DNA of 63,940 bases, filler included, from Octopus bimaculoides (GCF_001194135.2; 4 parts of 4 records of this genome joined end to end with filler, not necessarily neighbours in it), one strand, 5' to 3'. Counted from the first letter of the whole stretch, positions 11,654 through 23,122 are shown. Notes: generated from the sequence alone by a model not told the origin. Program-made: numbers and translations.

Positions 11654-12719
11654 AGCTGCGCACATTTTTCGGATTGAGTAAGTCGTTTCTTATTTTTTAA
11701 TCAACAATTTAGGGAATAAAGATGCCCCGGGGTAGCCTTGTTTACTAAATAAACATACAGTACCGTCTCACATATCTAATATAAGGAGTGGAAAAACTTA
11801 ATCAACTAAGAATATCCACGCAATTAGTAGCAGACTAACACACCGTCTAGGTGTTAACTTAAGGGGAGCGTCTTTCTACTAATTACATAGATAGTTTTAA
11901 TTGACTCGAGTTTTTCAGCTCCCTGTATTGGATAAGTTAGACACTATAAGGTCCTTTTATTCTTCTTTTCTTTTTTTTTCTTTTCTTTGTGTTTGATGAA
12001 CCGTTCAATATTTTCAGTTTCTAAGAAATTTCTGGTATTTGCCATGAGATTAGAAAAAAGGAAAGGAAAAGAGAGAAATTTACAAAGGAAAGGTTGATTG
12101 TGACTTCGAAGTGTCTGCTTACTAGTGGCCATCAGACTGTATAGAGAGAGCTGGTAAATTGAAACTTCGAAGTCACTGTTAATGGTTTTCTTGTAAAAAA
12201 ATTAATAGATATAGTTCTGTACACTAAAAGGTATGAAATGATCATTTAATTTGATATTCAGCTATTTATGTATGTATAATTATATATGTATGTGTGTGTG
12301 TGTGTATGTATGTATATATTCTTTTACTTGTTTCAGCCATTTGACTGCGGCCATGCTGGAGCACTGCCTTTTAGTCGAAAGTATTGAAAGGGTCAACTTT
12401 GATCACTTCCAAGCAGGAAATTTGCATCATAAAAACTGGGGTGGTCAAGGGTGGATTGGCATCAAATTGGTTAAGCTGATAAGATATTAATCTACATCTT
12501 CAGCCCCAAACACCACCCTGGCTTGAATGCTAATCTATCATGTGATTTCTTGTTTTGTTTCCACAGGAGGAATTAAACTCAGCACTGCAAGTTAACGAAT
12601 TACTCATCAAATCAACAAAATTGTTGTTGCATGGAGAGGTGGGTGAGGAGTGGTACCTAATTAACAGCCAGGTGAACTGAAGTTCTTCAGAGTCAAACCT
12701 TTCATTACTGTATTTCTTC

Positions 12720-13242
12720 TGAGATGCTCTGTGTTTCTTTCAATTAATCTTAAATATAACAAAGAATTTAGTAAAATAACTTAGTTATCATTAAGCTAGT
12801 CTTAGGAACATAAATTGTGACTAAGGTTTGGTGGAAGATTTTATTCAGAACTTTTGGAAACAAGATATTTGTACTCGGAGCCAGAGCTGATTTCAACCTG
12901 GTTGGTCTCAAAAGGGTTAAGAATTGTTTCTCTATTATATATTTTAACCCTTTTGTTACCATATTTCTGTTGGGATGCTCTGTGTTCCTTTCAATTAATT
13001 TTAACTATAACAAAGAATTTAGTAAAATAACTTAGTTATCATTAAGCTAGTGTTAGGAACATAATTTGTAACTAAGGTTTGGTGGAAGATTTTAATTCAG
13101 AACTTTTGAAAACAAGACATTTGTACTACAGAGCCAGAGGTGGTTTCAGCCAGGTTGGTATCGAAATGGTTAAGAATTGTTTCTCTATTATATATTTTAA
13201 CCCTTTTGTTACCATATTTCTGTTGAGATGCTCTGTGTTTCA
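12720..13242. repeat. Tandem duplication (two units of about 253 bp) of a TTAA-flanked MITE plus spacer
   Basis: Units start GATGCTCTGTG at about 12723, 12973 and 13227; inverted ends TTAACCCTTTTG / CAAAAGGGTTAA; one complete MITE at 12944-13173; the 23-nt spacer is duplicated too. Confidence 0.8.
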
Positions 13243-13489
13243 GGGAAATATTTGAGATCGAAATAAGGAATTATTATGGAAAAGGAGGAGACAGGGAAAT
13301 AAGAGAATGAAAGTAGAAATAAAATATATAAAGATATTGTAGATGCAGTTCCATTATTTCAGGAAGTGGTAAAAAAAGTTTCCTGTACATGGTATGTAAG
13401 TTCCAATAGCAGTTCATGTTTAGTTATTTCAAAGAATACATGTACCAAGTTACATGGTGACCTCACTGGTGCTGGTGTCACATAATATT

Positions 13490-14045
13490 TATAGGCGTGT
13501 CTGTATTGTAAGAAGTTCACTTCTCAATCTCATGGTTCTGGGTTCACTCCCACAGTATGGTACCTGGGGCACATGTCTTCTACTATGGCCTTCAGCTGCC
13601 TAAAGCCTTGAGTGGATTGGTAGATGGAAACTGAAAGAAGCCCTTCATATATAGATGTGTCTGTGTTTGTTCCCACCACTGCTTGACAACTGGTGTTGGT
13701 GTGTTTACATCCTTGTAACTTAGCAGTTCAGCCAAAGAGACTGATAGCATAAGTAAGTACCAGGCTGTAAAAAAGAATAAATATTGACGCGATTCATTCG
13801 ACTAAAATTTCTTCAAGGCAGTGCCCCAGCATGGCCGCAGTGTAATGACAGAAACAGGTGAGAGATACAAACACACACACAATGGGCTTCTTTCAGTTTC
13901 CATCTGCAAAATCCACTCACAAGGCTTTGGTCAGCTCGAGGCCATAGTAAGATACACTTATCCAAGGCGGTAACGCAGCTTGGAACTGAACCTGGAACCA
14001 TGAGATTGGAAAGCAAGCTTTTCATCGGCACAGCCATGCCGGCGC
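13490..14045. mobile_element. Convergent pair of SINE family B copies (+ about 13490-13868, - about 13870-14045)
   Basis: GATGGAAACTGAAAGAAGCCC occurs on both strands. Confidence 0.8.
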
Positions 14046-14251
14046 CTTCATTTCAATTTTCCTCTCCTTTTTATCTTTTCCCAGAAATGAAGCGTTCAAG
14101 AGAAGAATCAACCTATTCACTCAAGTGCTACCTCATGTAACAATCAGTGTTAAGATCTACTTTACAAGAAAATATATCACAGCAGGAAATTGGTAAAATA
14201 TAAAAATGGACTTTCAGAACAATTTATGAGAAAGTTTTTCAATAAAACACA

Positions 14252-14266
14252 ATGGAGGAAAGACAA
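14252..14266 (+). CDS. CXorf58: Tentative first coding segment of the CXorf58-like gene (MEERQ)
   Basis: ATG in good Kozak context (acaATGG); phase-0 GTATGT donor splices in frame to 16083. No homology support. Confidence 0.45.
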
Positions 14267-14440
14267 GTATGTGAGATTTTATTATTATTATCATCATCAT
14301 CATCACTATCATCATCATTATTATTATTATCATTATTATTATCATCATCATCCTCATCATTATTGTTATCATTATTATTATTATTTCTACTGTTGCATAC
14401 TATGTATGCATCTCTTTGTTTTATTGTATACTGTATATCC

Positions 14441-14473
<33 letters not shown>

Positions 14474-14489
14474 ATATATATATTTATAT

Positions 14490-14520
<31 letters not shown>

Positions 14521-15500
14521 CATATGTGTGTATATATGTGTGTGTGTGTATGTTAAACGATGATGATGGTGATATATCTATGTATATATATATACATTTT
14601 TAAAAATCATTTCATTATATGTAACCCCTCCCCCACCCACTTTATGTCTGTCTTTGTATTGTCCCTTCGCCCTCATGGCAAATAAAAGAAATCATTATTG
14701 TTATTATTATTATTATTATTATTTTAATCTGTTGTCTTTTCTTTTCGCTTATCATTTTTTTTTCCTTCTCTTTTCGTTTTCTATTTTGTTCGTTTTTATT
14801 GTTTTTTGTTTAGTTTTTATATTTTGTTTGGTTTTATTGTTTTTTTGTTTCTTTTTGTTCTTTTGATTCTTTTGTTGTTGTTGTTGCTCCGGTCTTGAAG
14901 AACACTTTAAACAAGAACATTATAATACGATGCAAATAGCTAATGGGAGAAGCTCTAAGTGGTTGTGGTTGTGGTTAGTCACTCTGCTAGAAACAACAGC
15001 CAAACCTACTTCAAATTACACCCCAATACTCTTTCAAATAAAGAAAAGACAGTGACAAGCATGGCTGTGTTTTAAGAAGTTATATATATTTGTAGTGCAC
15101 CCCTTGTCGATGGCATGCAGAAAGCACCCGCTGCCACTTTTGGAATGTTTGGCATTAAGAAGTGCATCCAACCGTAGAAACCAAGTCAAACCAGACTGGG
15201 ACCTGGTGCAGCTCTGCTCAAACCGTCCAACCCAAGCCAGGACTGATAACAGATGGTGGTGGTGGTGGTGGTGGTGGTGATTTTCTATGCTTGCAAGAGT
15301 GAAGCAAAATCTATTGTGGCTGATTATCTACAGCTGGATACTCTTCCAGTCACAAACCCTCACCTGTTTCCTGTTCAGGTAATATTTCCTCATGACTGGA
15401 TACGCTTTCAAAGAAGATTGGAAACAAAGGACACTGCTTGTATGACAGTGATACTCATTTACAACTTATCACACAATATTAAGGCAAGGAGACAGTAACA

Positions 15501-15542
<42 letters not shown>

Positions 15543-16959
15543 TGCATATATATGATGAGCTTCTTTCAGTTTCCGTCTACCAAATCAACTCAAAAGGCTT
15601 TGGTTGGCTTGAGGCTATAGTAGAAGACACTTGCCCAAGGTGCCATGCAATGGGACTGAACCTTGAACCATATGGTTGGGAATCAGTGATAGGGAGAAAA
15701 TTCTGACACACATGCACACATATATATATATGTCTGTATATGGATGGGCTTCTTTCAGTTTCTGTCTACCAAATCCACTCACAAGGCTTTGGTCAGCTCA
15801 AGGTTAGGATAAAAGTCACTTACACATGGTGTCACACAGCGGGACTGAACCCAGAACCATGTGGTCAGGAGGCAAACTACTTACCACACAGCTACCCCTA
15901 CACCTGTTTCTGAGTGAGAAAAACTCAAAACCACACAGGTGAGTTTATCAATAAGCCACAAAGCCGAAATAAATCTTTTGTGTACAGATCTGCATTTGTC
16001 ATGCAAAGTGCACCACTTTGGCCTGCTGTGATTTATTTATTTGTTCTGTGTTTTTATCTTTTTTTTTTTTTACATGCAACAGATAATAAAAGCGGTTCAA
16101 ACGATAGAAAGAGCCTGGTTATCCAGCAGGGACCGGAAGATTTTCATGCTTTTGAAGCATGCCATTTGCGCTGCGGTACGTAGAGATAAGTTCCTTCTTT
16201 TTTTGATCTTCTCACTTGATTTGGTCACTGGATTGCGACCATGCCTGACCACTGCTCTGAAGGGGTTTTAGGTGCAAAAAATATTGACGTCACCCCAGTA
16301 CTTGTTTTTTTTTCTTTGTTTTAAGCCTTCTGCTAATTCCANNNNNNNNNNNNNNNNNNNNNNNNNNNNNNNNNNNNNNNNNNNNNNNNNNNNNNNNNNN
16401 NNNNNNNNNNNNNNNNNNNNNNNNNNNNNNNNNNNNNNNNNNNNNNNNNNNNNNNNNNNNNNNNNNNNNNNNNNNNNNNNNNNNNNNNNNNNNNNNNNNN
16501 NNNNNNNNNNNNNNNNNNNNNNNNNNNNNNNNNNNNNNNNNNNNNNNNNNNNNNNNNNNNNNNNNNNNNNNNNNNNNNNNNNNNNNNNNNNNNNNNNNNN
16601 NNNNNNNNNNNNNNNNNNNNNNNNNNNNNNNNNNNNNNNNNNNNNNNNNNNNNNNNNNNNNNNNNNNNNNNNNNNNNNNNNNNNNNNNNNNNNNNNNNNN
16701 NNNNNNNNNNNNNNNNNNNNNNNNNNNNNNNNNNNNNNNNNNNNNNNNNNNNNNNNNNNNNNNNNNNNNNNNNNNNNNNNNNNNNNNNNNNNNNNNNNNN
16801 NNNNNNNNNNNNNNNNNNNNNNNNNNNNNNNNNNNNNNNNNNNNNNNNNNNNNNNNNNNNNNNNNNNNNNNNNNNNNNNNNNNNNNNNNNNNNNNNNNNN
16901 NNNNNNNNNNNNNNNNNNNNNNNNNNNNNNNNNNNNNNNNNNNNNNNNNNNNNNNNNNN

Positions 16960-17004
<45 letters not shown>

Positions 17005-19486
17005 TATATGATGGGCTGAGGGTCTTCTTTCAGTTCCTGTCTATCAAATCCATCCACAAGGTTTTGGTCAGCCTGAAACTATAATAGAAGACACTTACTC
17101 AAGAGTGCTGCTCAGTGAGACTGAACTCAGAACAATGTGGATGCTGGTTTTTCTATTCAATATGTATTTTGTTTTCCAGGCATACTAGCATGGGTTGTTT
17201 GCTTCTGCAAATTCTAATATTGGTTTAAAATTTTGGCACAAAGCCAAATTTGGGGTAGGGGGTAAGTTGATTACATTGATCCCACCAGTATTCAACTGGT
17301 ATTCATTTTATCGAAAGGATGAAAAGCAAGTTCGACCTTGGTAGAATCTGACCTCAGAATATTAAAGCGGACGAAATGCTGCTGAGCATTTTGCCTGGCA
17401 TGCTAACGATTCTACCAGCTTGTTGCCTTAGAGGAGGCAAATATTAACATGTAGCATTTTTTCCTTTTGTAGGAACATTGCATCACAAGTGTTTTTCTTC
17501 AGACCATCTCACCACATGAAGCTGAATTACTCCAGGATCCAACAATGTCAGCCTATGTTCGACTGAGGTAATGCATACATACATACATATATCATCATCA
17601 TTATTTAACATCCGTCTTCCATGCTGGCATGGGTGGGACCGTTTGACAGGAGTCAGCCAGGTAGAAGCCTGCACCAGACTTCTGTAACTGTTTTGGCAGG
17701 ATTTTTACAGCCGGATGCCCTTTCTAACACAAACCACTCAGCAGAGTGGACTATATATATATATATNNNNNNNNNNNNNNNNNNNNNNNNNNNNNNNNNN
17801 NNNNNNNNNNNNNNNNNNNNNNNNNNNNNNNNNNNNNNNNNNNNNNNNNNNNNNNNNNNNTAAACCATTTAAGAAACACACAAAAACCGTTAGATTAACT
17901 TCAACATTGCAGCCTGGTGCAGCCTCCTGGCTCGCCAGTCCTCAGTCAAACAGCCCAACCCATGCCAGCATGGAAAATGGATGTTAAAAGACGACGACGA
18001 TGTACATAAATACTTGGTCTGTTGATGTATCACCCAAATCTTTTCTTGGACAGCTCTTTGCCATTTTCAATGCAGAAGCCATATTTCTTGGTCTTAGATT
18101 ATCAGACAGCTGGCTAAAAATGATGATAAACTTTAACTTCTGTCATCTGCATATCAAAGAGCTTATAATTAATGTCTCCTTTTCAACTCATATCCTTCCC
18201 TAGGCCAACCATTCCAAAGTATTTTTCAATGAATCATGGTGCTAGAATGTGTAGGTTGGTAGACTAAATTATTGCCTAGCTTAATCTGACCACCTGGTGC
18301 CATTACCTGTGTCCAGTTTGTTAAAAGAATTCATAACCACTGTTTTAGACAGATCTAATTAGCTACAGAGGGTATTTTATAATTATTAACAGACCAATGA
18401 CTCATCAGTGATGTTTATTAAACTTAAATCTTGTTGAAATTTCATCCAGGTTCGGTGGAAGCAGTTTCCCTCCATTGGTATATTTCAAGATTTTCCTCCA
18501 CCAAAACGGCCCAGTTATCAAATATCTCAGTGGGAAAACAATGATGTCTCCAACGGCAACTGAGGTAAAATAAAATGAAATATGAAGAAAAAGTATTGTA
18601 ACTTTTCATTTGTTTCTTCTTTTTTTTTTGAAGTCATGTGATGCACCAATGGCCAGTTTGACCCTAACTCAGAGCTTACTAGTTCGTATTTTGTCCAACA
18701 CCACTGAGCTCAGTTTCAGGCCCCGGTTTAAATACTTAACTCTTTTTGCTAGCTGTAAACAGGTAGCATAGGCTCAGTTAACCTTTAGCACACTGCATTT
18801 TCTCTACATTTGTTTCCCCTGCCACTACAGGCAAGTAAACTCATATGGTGTTACCACAGGGGAGAAAACTCATATGGTAACATGATCCACCTACAGTGTG
18901 CTAAAGGTTAAGTTTACTACTGTAATCAGTAGAAACACTCAATAATTGGTTCAAATTTTGTGGGGAACAGGTGTAATCGACTTAATCCTTTTGTCTGTCC
19001 TTGTTTGTCCCCTCTGTGTTTAGCTCCTTGTGGGCAATAAAGAAATAAGGAAACAAAAAGAAGCTTGTTATCATCACCACCAAAATTTCAGGCTTTGTGT
19101 CTATAGTAGAAAGGATTATCATTATCATCATCATCATTATTATTATCACTATCATCATCATCATTATTATTATTATTATCACTATCATCATTATTATTAT
19201 TATTATATTATTATTATCATCATCATCAAGGTGGGTGAGCTGGCAGAATTGTTAGCACGCTGGACAAGATGCTTAGCAATACTCCACCTGCCGATACGTT
19301 TTTGAGTTCAAATTCCACTGACGTCTACTTTGCCTTTCATCCTTTTGGGGTTGATAAATTAAGTACCAGTGAAAGACTGGGGGTCAATGTAATCAACTAA
19401 TCTCCTCCCACCAAAATTTCAGGCCTTGTGCCTTCAGCAGAAAGAATTATTATTATCATTATTATTATTACTATTATTATTATTAT

Positions 19487-19522
<36 letters not shown>

Positions 19523-21525
19523 CAGTAAATGAAACATTGTATTTACAGGCCAATGAAGACTGCCTTAAAATGAAGGGCCCTCGATTATTCTTTGAGCAAC
19601 TCCTGTACGACCAAGTGCAACATCACTGCAAGAAGACAACAGATTTTGTTGACGTTGTGACACTGAAAGATTACATGCAGGTAAGAAATGCTAAACGGTT
19701 AAGGCCAATATTCAGACGGTTCCTAGTCCTTCGTGTGAGCTAACTTTTTCTCAGCTACATCTTTAACCGATATTGTTTCCAACACCATTCACTGTTCGCC
19801 ATTACATCAAAATGTTACTAACCAAAATGGGACACAAAATGGAATCTTCAAGTTTAGCCCCAACACACTGTATCGTGATGGAGTAATGATGGTCATCAGG
19901 ATTTTAGTGGTGGCGGAGGTGGTCTTGTCTGGAGCAAGGCGGTCATTGACCATTGTATGAAATTCTGATTTAAATAAAACTCTGATATAACAGTTTATAA
20001 TTCAATCTTTGTCTTTCTATTTCAGTACCTGGCCCATATCGATGAAACGCCTGCTAAATATGGTGGCAAATGTAACTACTGGAGACTTCTTTCTCTAAAT
20101 GGTACCGAAATTTAGTTTATTCCAGAGAGAAAATTAAATTTATTCCTTGATATACATTTAAGAAAATATTGATTTTTTTTTCCCTTCTTTCTGTCTTTCT
20201 TTCTTATTTTGCTTGGAGATAAAGTTGCTCAACAAATGATTTGATAGGAAATTTTGTGGTCCACTTTAAATGACAAAAGGTTGATCATGCAATCATCTTC
20301 TAGATTTGAAATTTCAATGATGTCATTGTTTATATTCAGTATGACATTGCAGAGAAGGTGTGAGAGGCCAGTTTCAGCATAAAACAGGTTGAATATTTGT
20401 GCTGGTTATGGCTGGTTTAAATGCTATACAAAGTTAACAGTCTTTCTTTGTTTTCCAATGACCATTATGTATCTTCCACTCTGTAATTGAAATAATTTTT
20501 CTTGTCTTTTTAATGTAGACGTTCCACGCCATATCATCTTCTACGATATTGTTGAGTTTTTGTACAGTGGCAAAGTTTCTCCAGATATCCAACACCATCT
20601 CTCAAATCTTCTGGTGAAACCAGTTAATCCCAAAATCCAAATGTTACACCTTAATATCATCTCAGCTTTGAAGTAAGAGTTTCAAAAAATTTACCATAAA
20701 AATTTCAACTGTGTTTCTCTTCTGTGAATGATATTATTTTTAATGCAGTAGACACTGCTAAACTGAATGGTTCTTCTCATGTGTCGAAACCATAATGATA
20801 CCTGCTTGGATAGCTGATGATGAGAACGCTCGTATATTATGCATATATTTCTTGTATCTTAGTCTTGATATTCTGTGACTCAATGGTTAGGGTGTCGGGC
20901 TCACAATCATGAGGTAGTGAGTTCGATTTCCAGATCAGGTTGTGTTCTTGAGCAAGACACTTTATTTCACGTTGCTCACGAACTGATTAGATTTTAGGAT
21001 CAATCCAGTATCGGACAAAGATTTTGGATTATTTTTCCTGTTTATTTCACTTCATTTTTGGGAGCAGTCGGGTTCATTTCAGATATTCTCATTTTAAAAA
21101 TCATCTCAAGCTAATCGTTGAGCAGAAGTTGGTGTTGCCAAGATGGAAGTTTGAACTCTCTGAGCCAAAGGTGGAGGGATTGTTTTCAGTTGTGTTTGTT
21201 TGGTAGGTGGTGATGGTGGTGATGATGATGATGATGGTGATGACAATGAGACTAATGATGAGGAGGAAGACAGTGGTGATGATGGTGATGATGATGATAA
21301 TGATAACGATGATGATGATGTTGATGTTGAATGATTCCTTAGTTTTTTTCCAGCAAATATTACAGCCTCTGTTTCATTTACTCTGACTGCAGATCATCAA
21401 TTTCATATCCGTTAGAACGACTCATGAGATGTCCTGAAATAAGGGGCAATAAAACGAAGCGTCGGTCCAGACGAGCGGTCAAGAAGGTGTCCAGAATGAG
21501 GCAACTCTATCAACAAGAAAGAAAT
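14252..21525 (+). CDS. CXorf58: CXorf58-like uncharacterised protein: join 14252-14266 (tentative start), 16083-16175, 17473-17567, 18450-18564, 19549-19680, 20026-20101, 20519-20672, 21393-21525; 3' end unresolved
   Basis: GT-AG exons with compatible phases give MEERQ IIKAVQTIERAWLSSRDRKIFMLLKHAICAA EHCITSVFLQTISPHEAELLQDPTMSAYVRLR FGGSSFPPLVYFKIFLHQNGPVIKYLSGKTMMSPTATE ANEDCLKMKGPRLFFEQLLYDQVQHHCKKTTDFVDVVTLKDYMQ YLAHIDETPAKYGGKCNYWRLLSLN DVPRHIIFYDIVEFLYSGKVSPDIQHHLSNLLVKPVNPKIQMLHLNIISALK SSISYPLERLMRCPEIRGNKTKRRSRRAVKKVSRMRQLYQQERN. Collinear with human CXorf58 as recalled (IQRAWLS..IFRLLKHAICAAE..DPTM..RFRGETFPPFIVFKIF..DVVTMQDYVQY..DEAPAFSGGRNNSWRKL..IPR..YDIV..RRSKQAQMKVEKMRKVY). Confidence 0.88.
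15555..15900 (-). mobile_element. Two 5' halves of SINE family B in tandem
   Basis: TTCTTTCAGTTTCCGTCTACCAAAT...GGGACTGAAC repeated. Confidence 0.78.
16083..16175 (+). CDS. CXorf58: CXorf58-like exon (IIKAVQTIERAWLSSRDRKIFMLLKHAICAA)
   Basis: 93 nt; long T tract and caacag acceptor, GTACGT donor; LLKHAICAA identical to the recalled human sequence. Confidence 0.92.
17220..17430 (-). mobile_element. SINE family A copy
   Basis: Core motif GTTCGACCTTGGTAGAATCTG...GCTAACGATTCTACCAGC. Confidence 0.75.
17473..17567 (+). CDS. CXorf58: CXorf58-like exon (EHCITSVFLQTISPHEAELLQDPTMSAYVRLR)
   Basis: 95 nt, phase 0 to 2; ttgtag acceptor, GTAATG donor. Confidence 0.92.
18450..18564 (+). CDS. CXorf58: CXorf58-like exon (FGGSSFPPLVYFKIFLHQNGPVIKYLSGKTMMSPTATE)
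   Basis: 115 nt, phase 2 to 0; FPP-x-x-x-FKIF motif. Confidence 0.92.
18778..18911. mobile_element. piggyBac-type MITE in a CXorf58-like intron
   Basis: Perfect 18-bp inverted ends including TTAA: TTAACCTTTAGCACACTG ... CAGTGTGCTAAAGGTTAA. Confidence 0.8.
19228..19480 (+). mobile_element. SINE family A copy with an (ATT)n tail
   Basis: GGTGAGCTGGCAGAATTGTTAGC...GAGTTCAAATTCC...GGCCTTGTGCC; ends about 70 nt before the exon at 19549. Confidence 0.8.
19549..19680 (+). CDS. CXorf58: CXorf58-like exon (ANEDCLKMKG...DVVTLKDYMQ)
   Basis: 132 nt, phase 0 to 0; ttacag acceptor, GTAAGA donor. Confidence 0.92.
20026..20101 (+). CDS. CXorf58: CXorf58-like exon (YLAHIDETPAKYGGKCNYWRLLSLN)
   Basis: 76 nt, phase 0 to 1; tttcag acceptor, weak GTACCG donor. 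Confidence 0.9.
20519..20672 (+). CDS. CXorf58: CXorf58-like exon (DVPRHIIFYDIVEFLYSG...IISALK)
   Basis: 154 nt, phase 1 to 2; atgtag acceptor, GTAAGA donor. Confidence 0.9.
21393..21525 (+). CDS. CXorf58: CXorf58-like exon (SSISYPLERL...RRSRRAVKKVSRMRQLYQQERN)
   Basis: 133 nt, phase 2 to 0; ctgcag acceptor, GTAAAT donor; basic RRS..KV..MR.LY motif. Confidence 0.85.
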
Positions 21526-21602
21526 GTAAATAGCTTTCGCTTATATTTATATATTGATATATATATACATATATATAGATGTGTATGTGTGTGTGTGTGT
21601 GT

Positions 21603-21772
21603 GTGGAGGTGCAATGGCCCAGTGGTTAGGGCAGCAGACTCGCGGTCATAGGATCGCAGTTTCGATTTCCAGACGGGGCGTTGTGAGTGTTTATTGAGCA
21701 AAAACACCTAAAGCTCCACGAGGCTCTGGCAGTGGGTGGCGGCGAACCATGCTGTACTCTTTCACCACAAGT
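21603..21772 (+). mobile_element. tRNA(Arg)-like-headed SINE, family C
   Basis: GGCCCAGTGGTTAGGGCAGCAGACTCGCGGTC...GTTTCGATTTCC (A box, TCG loop, B box). Confidence 0.7.
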
Positions 21773-22051
21773 GGTGGTGATGATGATGATGGTGGTGGTG
21801 CTGATGGTGATGATGATGGTGGTGGTGGTGCTGATGGTGATGAAAGTAGTGATGATGATAATAATGATGATGGAGATGCAGATGATGGTGGCGATGGTGA
21901 TGCAGAAGATGATAGCATTGATGGTGGTGGTGGTGGTGGTGGTGGTGGCAGTGGTTGTGATGACGAGGTAGTGGTGGTGATGACTATGATGATGACAATA
22001 ATGATACTGATGACAATGGTGGTGGTAGTGGTGGCGAGAGTGGCTGTGGTT
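21772..22051. repeat. (GAT/GGT)n degenerate microsatellite running into a gap
   Basis: Directly visible. Confidence 0.93.
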
Positions 22052-22929
22052 NNNNNNNNNNNNNNNNNNNNNNNNNNNNNNNNNNNNNNNNNNNNNNNNN
22101 NNNNNNNNNNNNNNNNNNNNNNNNNNNNNNNNNNNNNNNNNNNNNNNNNNNNNNNNNNNNNNNNNNNNNNNNNNNNNNNNNNNNNNNNNNNNNNNNNNNN
22201 NNNNNNNNNNNNNNNNNNNNNNNNNNNNNNNNNNNNNNNNNNNNNNNNNNNNNNNNNNNNNNNNNNNNNNNNNNNNNNNNNNNNNNNNNNNNNNNNNNNN
22301 NNNNNNNNNNNNNNNNNNNNNNNNNNNNNNNNNNNNNNNNNNNNNNNNNNNNNNNNNNNNNNNNNNNNNNNNNNNNNNNNNNNNNNNNNNNNNNNNNNNN
22401 NNNNNNNNNNNNNNNNNNNNNNNNNNNNNNNNNNNNNNNNNNNNNNNNNNNNNNNNNNNNNNNNNNNNNNNNNNNNNNNNNNNNNNNNNNNNNNNNNNNN
22501 NNNNNNNNNNNNNNNNNNNNNNNNNNNNNNNNNNNNNNNNNNNNNNNNNNNNNNNNNNNNNNNNNNNNNNNNNNNNNNNNNNNNNNNNNNNNNNNNNNNN
22601 NNNNNNNNNNNNNNNNNNNNNNNNNNNNNNNNNNNNNNNNNNNNNNNNNNNNNNNNNNNNNNNNNNNNNNNNNNNNNNNNNNNNNNNNNNNNNNNNNNNN
22701 NNNNNNNNNNNNNNNNNNNNNNNNNNNNNNNNNNNNNNNNNNNNNNNNNNNNNNNNNNNNNNNNNNNNNNNNNNNNNNNNNNNNNNNNNNNNNNNNNNNN
22801 NNNNNNNNNNNNNNNNNNNNNNNNNNNNNNNNNNNNNNNNNNNNNNNNNNNNNNNNNNNNNNNNNNNNNNNNNNNNNNNNNNNNNNNNATATATATATAT
22901 AATATATAGATAGATAAATACATACATAC

Positions 22930-22964
<35 letters not shown>

Positions 22965-23044
22965 CATACATATGTGTGTGTGTGTGTATATATATATATC
23001 TATATCTATATATATACATATATTTTTTAAAAATGGGGAAGGCT

Positions 23045-23122
23045 GGTTTATGGGAGTACCTGTTTAGGTTTCCCGTCCATAAAGGATTTAGCTTTATAGC
23101 ATATCATCAGGTCCCAAAAACC
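23045..23122 (-). ncRNA. Type-I hammerhead ribozyme-like motif, second copy of the same family
   Basis: Minus strand: GGUUUUUGGGAc-CUGAUGA-UA-UGCUAUAAAG cuaaauc CUUUAUGGACG-G-GAAA-CCU aaac AGG-UA|cUCCCAUAAACC. Stem I has 10 pairs plus a U.U and a core-proximal C.C mismatch; stem III has 4 bp. Confidence 0.62.
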
